Part shown: one piece after another, positions 18,344-29,300 of the stretch | Numbering within the stretch: position 1 is the stretch's first letter | Layout of the letters: every line of letters begins with the position of its first letter | Source of the DNA: Desulfatiglandales bacterium | GTDB lineage: Bacteria > Desulfobacterota > DSM-4660 > Desulfatiglandales > Desulfatiglandaceae | Assembly (NCBI GenBank): GCA_963662465.1 | Contig: OY759599.1 | Span: 2,112,001 to 2,176,000 of the forward strand | DNA: 64,000 nt | Direction of reading: 5' to 3' | Made by a program: the position numbers and the translations under genes | The notes under the pieces: generated by a model | Databases searched by the model: none | Told to the model about the DNA's origin: nothing | What the model saw: only the letters and a program-made list of their open reading frames with translations

Positions 18344-19492
18344 TCACCCTTGCGTCCCCAGATACTCGATGATCGGGATGAGAAACGAGTTTGACGCCTC
18401 ACTTCCGCTACCGTTGAGGTTGAACGAAATGTAGGTATCGCCCTCGACCCAGTAGGCCATCCAGGTCGTCGAGCCGGGATAGCTCCCGTCGTGACCCTCG
18501 ATCGTGATCCCCAACGAGTCGATATGGATGCGCTCGTAGGCAAAGCCGTATCCGGTCGTTGCGTCAATTGGCCTGAACTCTCGCATGGCCTCAAACTGCG
18601 TGGCCCCAACGATCTGCCCGTTTCGCAGTGCGCGGTGGAAATCGTTGAGGTCTCCCATGTCCGAGATGATGTCACCTGCGCCGCGGTCCCATTCGATATA
18701 CATCGTCGAAAAGTCAGTGTACGTTCCCTCGTTATAGGGATCGAAGAGACAGTGCATATAGGGATCGGGCATCTCGCTGACGGGGGGATCGGTCGGCATG
18801 ATGGTACGGGAAAGACCGAGCGGATCGATCACGAGCGATCGAATCATCTGTTCATAGCGCTGCCCGGAGACGGTGTCGATAACCGACGCCAGGAGGAGGT
18901 AGCCCACATTGGAATATTCCCACGATGTCCCCGGTGTGAAGAGCGACCCCGCATTGAGCCCTTGGTAAACGGCGATTTCGGTAGGTATTGGCGTGTCGGG
19001 ATCCGCCATCTGCTGCATGACGAGCGCGGCCTCGTCGTAGTCAGGGATGCCGGCTGTATGCTGGAGTGTTTCGCGGATGGTGATGACATCGGCATTGGTA
19101 AGACGACTCGCGTATTTTTCAGGCAGATGCGTTGCGAGAAGGTCGTCCAGAGAAATCGTTCTGTCCTGAACAAGCTTCATGATCGCTGTCGCCGTGTAGG
19201 TTTTACTGACACTGGCGATGCGCGCGTACATATCGGCGGCCGCTTCCTCCTCCGGATCGAGCGCGGCTAATCCGGCCGCCGACCACCACCTCCACTGCGG
19301 CGTTACAATTTCGATAGTGATCCCGAGATTCGTCGTGTTCGCGATGCCGTCGGCGATGATATTTTGAAGCGCCGCCGCGACGGACACCGGAGGCAGCGTC
19401 TCCTGCGTCTCCTGGGCCGTCTCCGAACAACCCATGAAAAGCACCAGTGAAACAAAGAGGAACCCAAGCAACAAAGCCGGAAATCTATTCAT
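18344..19492 (-). CDS. Beta-lactamase/D-Ala-D-Ala peptidase family serine hydrolase, probable lipoprotein
   Basis: SxxK (ASVSK), YSN and GHDG motifs. Signal peptide MNRFPALLLGFLFVSLVLFMGC from ATG 19492. Confidence 0.85.
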   Translation of the reverse strand: MNRFPALLLGFLFVSLVLFMGCSETAQETQETLPPVSVAAALQNIIADGIANTTNLGITIEIVTPQWRWWSAAGLAALDPEEEAAADMYARIASVSKTYTATAIMKLVQDRTISLDDLLATHLPEKYASRLTNADVITIRETLQHTAGIPDYDEAALVMQQMADPDTPIPTEIAVYQGLNAGSLFTPGTSWEYSNVGYLLLASVIDTVSGQRYEQMIRSLVIDPLGLSRTIMPTDPPVSEMPDPYMHCLFDPYNEGTYTDFSTMYIEWDRGAGDIISDMGDLNDFHRALRNGQIVGATQFEAMREFRPIDATTGYGFAYERIHIDSLGITIEGHDGSYPGSTTWMAYWVEGDTYISFNLNGSGSEASNSFLIPIIEYLGTQG

Positions 19493-20307
19493 GGACCTAC
19501 AATACCTAAGATTTTGCAACACGCATAGCGAACAAAGAGGTAAAACATCCCTTGCCGCCAATTCATCAACATAACCCTTTCGAACTTTTCCGGTATTCTT
19601 CATTTAAGTCTCTCCTCTTGAATAATCTTGAGGGGGGAGTCATACCGTAATGGTACTTGGGTGTAAAGGAAATAACCACAAAACATTGTGGTGGTTCTTT
19701 TTTGGACTGTTAGCCAAAATGTGAAAGATCTATATTGTAGTTGCCTCAAGCAATTTCCCTCCCACAGAACAATACCGCTGCAGTCTTATGTTGTGGGAGA
19801 GGAGGTCCTGGGTCACTAAGCGATTCTCAAACCCGACAACCACGCTTTCCCAATATTGGGCGGTCATACCATATATTGTGGTTCCCGTATTCTTGGAAAA
19901 ATCTGCGGTATCTCCAACGTATCTCAAGCCGGATTTCCGGCACAATAGAACATTGGGTCCACCCGAGAACGTCGATTGTGAGGTGCCTGACGGCCTGCAT
20001 AGTGGTTTCCTGGAAAAACTTACAGCATAACTTACAGTATCATATAATCCAGCATCTCGGAATCATGTTGCGTGGGTCGTTGGTTCCCCGCCTGAGCCCA
20101 AATGATACCTTGCCGGCCCATCCACCATGGCCTGCTGCAAAATGACCATAGACACGGTTTTCAATACGCCGCCCCCCATAACCCCACCCACGGCATTCAT
20201 CCCAGTCGCTTCTTGCCACAATAGCCTTCTATCTGACCGCGACGTTCAAGTTCCGATATAATTTCTTCCAAGAAGCCGTCATGTGCCGGTGCGGAGAAGC
20301 GCTTGCC

Positions 20308-23300
20308 CTAATGTTCATTACAAAACCATAAAATATTTTTGACCAGTTCTTCCTTTTCTTCAAGAATATTAAAATGGTGCCGCTTGATTTGGATGACCTT
20401 GAGGTTCTCTGCGATTTTACCGATATTGTTGTCAGTAAGTTTCGGAATATAGGCATTGATTTGTTTTGTGGTAAAATCATCGAAGCCATGATCCACCAGA
20501 ACGGCTTTGAAAAGAAGCACATTACCGCCCAATTTGCCGGAAATATCACTTCCGGCGATTTTCTTTTCCGGCGCCTGGGCCCATATCACTTTATCAATAT
20601 AATTGTCGGGATATCCGACGGTTCTCAATCTTTCCCTCATCTGTTTTGCGTATTCGTCATCGTTTACCTGATGCCGGAAAGAGGAGATTGTTTCATCCGG
20701 AAGAACGGTATCCATAAGCACCGTATCCGTTTTGATGTTATAATCTTTTTCCAGGATATAGGCCATTTCGAGAGCGACCTGCCCGCCCATGGACCAGCCG
20801 GCAAGAATAAGATGGGATAAGGATATCCCCTCTCTGACCAGGTATGAAATATACCGAAGCGCCAGTTCGTTCAAACTGGATATCTTTTTCTCATGATGCA
20901 TATTGTAATTGTCAATGCCGTAACAGTTGAAATATGCATCGAGCTTCATTGAAAGGGGTTCATATACTTCGCATCCGCCGTCACCGGGATGAATGAATAC
21001 CAGCGTTTTCGCATTTTCCTTGAATTGATTGAGAAGCATGATTTCATGATTCGCTTCTTTTTGGTATTCAGCGGCTATCCGTAAAACTGTTTTCAGGTTG
21101 AATATCTGAGAAACCCGGAAATCGATTCCCAGTTCCTGCGAAATAACATGCGCCGCCTCGATAGCCAGTATCGAATTGCCTCCGATATCGAAGAAGTTAT
21201 CGTTTACGCCGACACGCGAAAGACCCAGCACTTCCCGCCAAACCCGGCACAGTTTTTCCTGTATGTCATTTTCCGGCGCCCGGTAAGCCTCTTCCCCCGT
21301 CACATCCGGCCGCGGAAGTGCATTTTTGTCTATCTTGTACGATGGCGTCAGTTTGAATTTCTCCATTTCAATAAAAGATGCCGGCACCATGTAATCGGGA
21401 AGATGATCCTGAAGATAGGCCCTCAATTGATCCATTTGGGTTTTTCCGGCGCTTTCAGGTTTCAGCGTGTAATAGGCCGCCAGATATTTATGGCCTTCAT
21501 GTTCCTGACACAAAACGACAGCCTGTTTCACCGCTTCATGAGACAGCAGCGTACTCTCGATTTCTTCGAGTTCTATTCGGAACCCGCGCATCTTGATCTG
21601 ATAGTCGTTTCGGCCTATGTATTGCACCTTTCCATCGGGCAGCCACCTGACAATATCACCTGTTTTGTAAATGCGCCGGTTTCTGCCCAGTTTTTTGTCT
21701 TCATCCGAAGCAAAGGGATTTTCCGTAAAGCGCTCTCCGGTCAGTTCCGGGCGGTTCCAATAACCTCTCCCCACGCCGTCTCCGCCGATGTACAACTCGC
21801 CTTTCATGCCGATGGGGACCGGATTCTTGTCCGGATCCAGTATGTACAAACTGGTGTTGTTCAAGGCTCTGCCGATGGGGCAGATATGGGCATCGGTCAG
21901 TCGAACGGTTGTGGCAAAAACGGTTGTTTCCGTGGGGCCGTAAGCGTGGATCAAGCGCGTATGCTCAGACAAGGCGAGAAATTCCCGTACGCGTTCCCGG
22001 TTTGCCGTCTCGCCGCCAAAGATCACTTGCCGCAGTTTGAGAAGCGGATTTTGATCACGCATACTTGCGCAGAGATTGAAAAACGACGTCGTGACAAAGG
22101 CGGTATTGACATCATGTTCATCGATGATCCTTTTAAGCGTTGGAAGATCCAGGAACTCATTTTTTTTCGGGAATACGGTACAACCGCCGTTTAAAAGCAC
22201 CGAAAAAATGTCGAATATGCTCCCGTCGAATGTATAACTGGAAAAGGAAACCGCTCGGGTATCCGCATTCAGAGGACAGTAGTTGTTATTGATGGCGTAA
22301 GCGACAACATTTCCGTGTTCGATCATGGCGCCTTTGGGCTGTCCGGTTGAGCCGGAAGTGTAGATGAGATAGGCCAGATCCCGAGGGGTATTGATGTGTT
22401 CGGGATTTTCAGCGCAATCTGAGGATAGATCATCCGGGGAGAGATGGATGACGGTTATATTTTTATCGGTCAAAAAGCCGGCTTTCTCCCGGCAGGATGA
22501 AGACACAAGAATCATAACGCATTCGCTGTCTTCAATTTTATATCGCAGCCTGTTTTCCGGTTCTTCGGGATCCAGGGGAAGGTAGGCTGCGCCGGATTTC
22601 AGTATGCCGAAAATCCCGGTTACCATAAGAGGAGAACGATCGGTATAGATGCCGATAATCGTATCGCTCTTTATCCCTTCAGCCCTTATTTTTGTATATT
22701 CTTTTCTGATGGCATGCGCAATCCTGTTGGCCTCGCGGTTAAGCTCTCCAAAACTCAGGGCCTTTTTGGAAAATACGGCGGCGGTCTTGTCGGGCGTTTT
22801 CAAAACCTGTTCCTCAAAAAGCTGAACCAGGGTCTTATCCTTCGGATACGGCGCAGACGTCCGGTTCCATTCAAACACGACGGTATCGTATTCTTCCTTG
22901 TCCGTCAGCAGAATGTCTTTTATGAGAATATCCGGATTTGTCGAAATGGTATTTACAATACAGACATAATGCCCGGCCAGGCGCCTTACGGTGCTTTCGT
23001 TAAATAATGCGGCGGCGTAACCCACGATGAATTCCAGGCTTTTTGAATCTTCATAAACATACCCGATCAGATCGAACTGCTGGCTCGTTATCGCCGGATC
23101 GATAGCATCAAAGGTCGCATGATCCAGTTTTAATTTCTTTTCCCCGGCTTCCCACTGGCCGAACATCACATGGAAGAGTGGGTTGCGCCCCGGCTCTCTT
23201 TCAATTTTGAGGCGTTTTACCATCGCTTCCAGCGGATAGGCGTCATTGGAAAGAGCGGATACGACCTTTTCCTTGACGGTTTTTAAATACGCCTTCACCG

Positions 23301-26300
23301 TCATACCCGCGGACACAAAGGTTCTCACCGGCAGAGTGCCGACAAACATGCCGAGGCATCTCATGACATCGTGGCGCTTCCGTCCCAAAGAAGGGATACC
23401 CGTAATAATATCTTCCTCCTGGCTGTATTTGGAAAGCAGGATATGAAACGCCGCCAGCATGATCATGAAAGTGGTGACATTTTCGGATCTTTCCAGGTCT
23501 TTCAGGGCGTTTTTCGACTTCGCATCGAGTTTCAGTTTAACGGATGCCCCTTTATGATCCGACAAAGCGGCACGTTTTCCGTCATAGGGCAACATCAGTT
23601 CGGGAAGTGGGCCCGAAAGCTCACCGAGCCAGTATTTTTCCTGACGCAGGTAATCCTGGGATTTCGAGAATTCCTGTTCGTAAAACGCATAATCCCTTAA
23701 GCGCATCTCCGGCGCTCTTAACGATATTCCCGCGAAAACATCGGAAAGTTCCTTAAGGAAAATCTCCACGGACTGCCCATCGAAAATACTGTGATGAAAA
23801 TCAAAGAGAAGATAGGTCTCCTGACCGTCCTCCCGGCGGTAAACCGACGACCGCCAGAGGGGCGCCTTGTTGAGATCAAAGGGGCGGCAAAAACCGGTGA
23901 GCGCAGACTGCATTTTCTCGGAAGGGACATGCTTTTCTTCAATTTCAAGATCAAATTCAGGCAGTTGCAGGATCTTCTGCCTGATGCCGTTTTTCGTTTC
24001 GATAAAACAGGTCCGTAACGCTTCCTGAGATTCGGCAATGGCCGGAAGCGCTTTCTTCAGCCGGATGGCGTCAAAGTCATCACCAGTTCTATAGATCAGG
24101 GTGATATTATACGCGGTGGTGTTGCCCTCTATTTGATTCACCAGGACCATTCTCCGCTGAGCGTTCAGAACGGGATAATCCGGCATATCGGGCGTTTTTT
24201 CGATGGTAAGCGATGAACTTCGGGCGGCGCCGTCGATCAAATCCGCCTGTTCTTTGATGGTTTTTGACTGAAATAAATCCTCAGCGGAAATATTTTTCCC
24301 AAATTCCGAATTGACTTGGAGCGCCAGCTGAACAACTTTGAGTGAGTTGCCCCCCAGATGGAAAAAGTTGACGTTTATTCCCGGATTTTCAACACCGAGC
24401 AGTTCCTCCCAGAGTTTACAGAGTTTCTTCTGGGTATCAGTGGAAGGCGCTTCGTAATTTTCATCGCTTGCTGAAAAATCCGGCTCCGGAAGCGCTTTTT
24501 TGTCAACTTTGCCCGATATATTCAGCGGCATTTCATCCAGTTCCATAAAAAAGGAAGGGATCATATAGGCGGGAAGACGTTCCGCCAGGTATTCATTCAA
24601 AACGCCTGCCGCGATTTTTCTTCGCTGATCGCTTTTAACGGGATTGTTTGAATAAGCCACATTTCTTTTTCTTTCGGCGTTCATTTGATAAATTGCGTCT
24701 TTGAGGGCATCGCGCCCGTCTTGAAAGAAAACCACATCCAAACCGGACTTGTTATCCAGTGATAAAGAAACCAGAAGGTGATAACCGTGCGCATCGGCAA
24801 TTTGGTATAGATCTTCCAGGGTATGAATATCGGCGTAAATGTCTTTTCGTTTTTCGTATTCGGACAATAGGGTTTCATTGTCGTCGAATAAAAATTCGGT
24901 GACGCCGCATTCACTGATGACGCGTTGATTCGGGAAACCGCGGATCGCTATGGTGTCCTTTCCGGCCGTTAGTCTTTCTTCCAGTGTCATTTCGGGCCCA
25001 TATTCTTCCCAGGGAAGTTCAATGGTTTTGTCCTTCTTTCCCGGACCGACCTCAAGAATCACATCATACCGAAACCGGTTCATTTCATGGGCGCTCTTCC
25101 CTCTTTTGGGCAGTATCTCGGCCCGGCGGACCCTTTCGTTCTTTTCCGCAAACGCCATGAAGAACTCCGGTGAGACGAGAAGTTCTTTGTCATTTTTCAT
25201 ATTCTGCGTCGACGTTTTTCCAATATCGGTATTCTCTGGGATTAAACCGTTTTGGTGTTTAAAGATCTGAACAGCCGTGTGAAATTCGCCGAGCAGTCGG
25301 TAATCCCTGACATCGCCTACGAATAGGAATCCCTCCCCAATCCTTTCAGATGCTTTTATAAGGACGTCCTCGAGGTATTCGATGCTGGGAAAGTATTGAA
25401 TCACGGAGTTTATGACGACCACGCTGTTGCCGTTTTTGTCTTTAAGCGTCCGCGGGATCTGATCGATCTCGTGAGCCCGCCTTTTGAACAAAACGGCGTG
25501 ATCCGCATGGTTTTTTTGCAAACCGAGTTTCAGTTTTTCAATCACCTTGCCCGAAAAATCAATTCCCGTATATCGATCAATATGGGGAAGAAGCGGATAC
25601 ATGAGAAGCCCGGTTCCGCAGCCGATCTCGAAAATGTCCGAAGGATCGAGGGCGAGAATCCTGCTGAGCGTCGTATCTCTCCATTCATGCATTTCCTCAA
25701 GGGGGATGGCCCGGCCGGTGAACGAACTGTTCCAGCCATAAAATTCATCCCGGCTCACGGCTCCCGCAATATCATCATAGGTATCGTCATATATGGACTC
25801 CCAGGACGTCATGAACGTATCGTCGGCTTTGTGTTCATCTGTTTCTCCGGTTTTTTGCCCCGTTTCCTTAACCGTGTAATAGGCCGCGATAGTTTTATCA
25901 TCCTTCTTCTTCCGTACGATAACCGTGCAGGTTTCAATCATCGGGTAGGCGGAAAGTTTGTTTTCGATTTCACCCAGCTCGATGCGGTATCCCCTGATTT
26001 TGACCTGACCGTCATTTCGTCCCATGTATTGGATGAATCCCTCCGGAAGCCATCTGACAACATCCCCCGTCTTGTATATGCGAAGATTCCGGCCGTTCTC
26101 GATGTCTTCGGCTGATGCGAAGGGATTTCGGATGAAACGCTCATGGGTCAGTTCCGGACGGTTCAGATACCCGCGGGCCAGACCTTCTCCCCCGATGTAT
26201 AATTCGCCCGCAAGTCCTTCCGGTACGGGCTGAAGACCCGGATCCAGGATATAAACGGTGATATTGCCGATGGGTTTTCCAATATTCGTATTCAGATCCC

Positions 26301-29300
26301 CTTTTTTGTAGAAATGAAGGGTGGCCACAACCGTGCTTTCGGTGGGGCCGTAGGCATTTACGAACGCTCGGCGCCTGCTCCAGAGATCCATGATGTCGGT
26401 TCTGCATGTATCACCGCCGGTCTGAAGGTTTTTTAACGCCGGTAATTCCTTTTCCGGCATGGCTTCGATGATCACCGGCGGAAGCAGGGTATCCGATATG
26501 TTTTCTTTTTCCATAAAGTCGGCAACGGCGCCCGGATCCTTTCTGATGTCATCGGGGATAATGACCAGTGTGGCGCCTGAAACCATCGCCGGGAAGATCT
26601 CCCAGACCGATGCGTCAAAAGAAGTGGAAGCAAACTGCAGGGCATGTGAATTGGAATTGAGTTTGAAAATGTCTTTTTTGGCAAAAATCATATTGACGCA
26701 GTTTCGATGCGCGATCATCACCCCCTTGGGACGTCCCGTTGATCCGGATGTGTAGATGACATACGCCAGGTCCTCGGGTTTGTTTATGGGGGAAAGGTTG
26801 GTCCCGGGAAATTTCTCTATCTCTTCCCAATAGGCATCGATACTCACGGGGATGGTGTCCGATTCCGCCAGAAAAAGCAGGGCCTCGGACATGTTTCTGG
26901 ATGTCAACACCATTTTGCAGGCGCAGTCATTGATCTTGAATTTGAGGCGCTCTTCCGGGTCGGCACGGTCAAAGGGCACATAGGCCGCACCCGATTTGAT
27001 GATCCCTAAGATGGCGATGATCATCTCCATGGAACGGTCCATATAGATTCCGATCAGCGTATCTCCTTTAACTTTTTCGTTCCAGTTTTCCTGGTATGTT
27101 TGCCTGATCATGTGGGCCAGTTGATTGGCTTTTTCGTTAAGCCGGCGGTAGGTGAGGGTGTTTTGTCGAAAAATAACGGCGGTATTTTCAGGCGTTTTTT
27201 CCACCTGTTCTTCAAAAAGCAGGTTCAGGGTCTTGTCTTTGGGATACGGCAAGGCCGTGCGGTTATAATCAACGATGATTTTTTGGTATTCTTCAGGGTC
27301 CATCAGAGAAATGTCTCGAATGCGCATCTCGGGATCGGATACCATGGCCCTTAAAATATTGAGGTAATGCCCGGCGAAGCGTTCGATGGTCGTTTTATTG
27401 AAAAGCGAGGCGGCATAGCTGAAAACAATATCCGTCATGCCCGCTTCTTCATAAACGTACCCGGTGATATCGAATTTTTCGGTGATGACTTCCTCATTGA
27501 TCCGCAAAAACGTTGCGTTTCCCAGTTTCAGGTTGTCATCTCCCAGGTTCCATAGGGCAAATACCGTATCAAAAAGCGGATTTCGTCCCGCTTCTCTTTC
27601 CATATCAAGGGTGCTGACCATTTCCTCCAGAGGATACAGATCGTTGGCAATAGCGGATAAGACTTTGTGTTTTACAATGTTCAGGTATTCTTCTACGGGC
27701 ATATCACCGGAAATTCGGGTTCGGACCGGCAGCGTGCCGACGAACATGCCCAGGCAGGAAAGCACCTCCGGGCTTTTGCGGCCCAGTGAAGGGATTCCCG
27801 TGATGATGTCTTCGCCGGCGCTGTATCTTGAAAGCAGGATATTAAATGCCGTAAACATCAGCATGAATGTCGTCACATCCCGGCTTCTTTCAATCCGCGT
27901 CATCTTCTCTTTCAAATTCGCATCTATCGTAAGCCTTACAGCCCCTCCCTTATAATCCTTCACTTTCGGGCGTTTCCGATCCCAGGGAAGCAAAATTTGG
28001 GGAAGTTCACCCCGCAGTTCATTGCGCCAGTAGCTTTCCTGCCGGCGGTACGTTTCGGAGTTTGAAAGCTTACGTTCTAAAAACACATAATCTCTTAGGC
28101 GACCCGGGGGCGGGGTAACCGTTTCTTTGCGATAGGCGTGAAACAGTTCTTTCAAGAACACATTCACGGACTGACCGTCAAAAATGATGTGATGAAAAAC
28201 AAAGATCAGATAAGTAGCGCACCCATCCGATTCTTTGAAAATACCCGTACGCCACAGGGGCGCTTTGCTCAGGTCAAACGGGCGGCCGAAATCCGTAAAT
28301 GCCTGTCGCAATAGCGCGGACGCTATCTCCTTTTCTTCGAATTCAAGGTCGAATTCGGACATGTCCGTAATTTTCTGCCGAATACCGTTTCCGGTTTCGA
28401 AAAACCGGGTTCTCAGAGATTCCTGATTGCGGGCAATTTCCGTCAGGATACTTTTCAGCGTTTCGCAATCGAAATCATCGTCCGTCCGATATATCAACGT
28501 CACATTATAGGCAGAACTGTTGCCCTCTATTTTGTTGACCAGATACATTCTTTTCTGAGCATTCAGAACCGGATAGTCCGGCATATCAGGCGCTCTTGTT
28601 AATTTCACGGAAACCCATTTGTCGGCGCGGCCGATCAGCTTTGCCTGTTCTCTTACGGTCTTCACCGCGAAAAGCGCTTCCGGTGAAATATTGGCTTCGA
28701 ATTTCGAATGGATCTTGAGAGCGAGCTGAACAACCGTCAATGAATTGCCGCCCAAATGGAAAAAATTGGTCGTAACCCCGATCTTTGGAACATTCAGAAG
28801 TTCCTCCCAGATGGCACACAGCTCTTTTTCCGTTTCGTTTCCGGGCGCTTCGTAATCCTTTTCATCAACGGTAAAATCCGGCTCGGGAAGCGCTTTTGGG
28901 TCTATCTTACCGGAAGTATTGATCGGCATCGCTTGAAGCGCCACAAAGACGCTGGGTATCATATAGTCCGGAAGCAGCGCCTTTAGATAAGAACGAAACG
29001 CGTCCTGTTTCAGATCCGCCATTTCCGGTCCTTCCCCGTTCGTATAATAAGCGCAAAGATATTTTTCTCCGTTTCTTTCCCGTGCAACAACAGCGCACAT
29101 CAGAACGCCGGGATGAGCGTACAGCTTGTCTTCAATTTCCCCGAGCTCGATGCGAAACCCCCTGATCTTCACCTGCCCGTCATTTCGCCCGACATATTGG
29201 ATGTCGCCGTTCGGAAGCCATTTTACCATATCCCCGGTTTTGTAAATGCGGAGATTTCGGTCGTTTTTCTTGTCCTCATGGGTGGCAAACGGATTTTGAA

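Noticed and set aside
19600..20300. Short ORFs between the serine hydrolase and the NRPS
   Set aside because: Possibly a decayed gene, but I could not recognise a family or a consistent frame.
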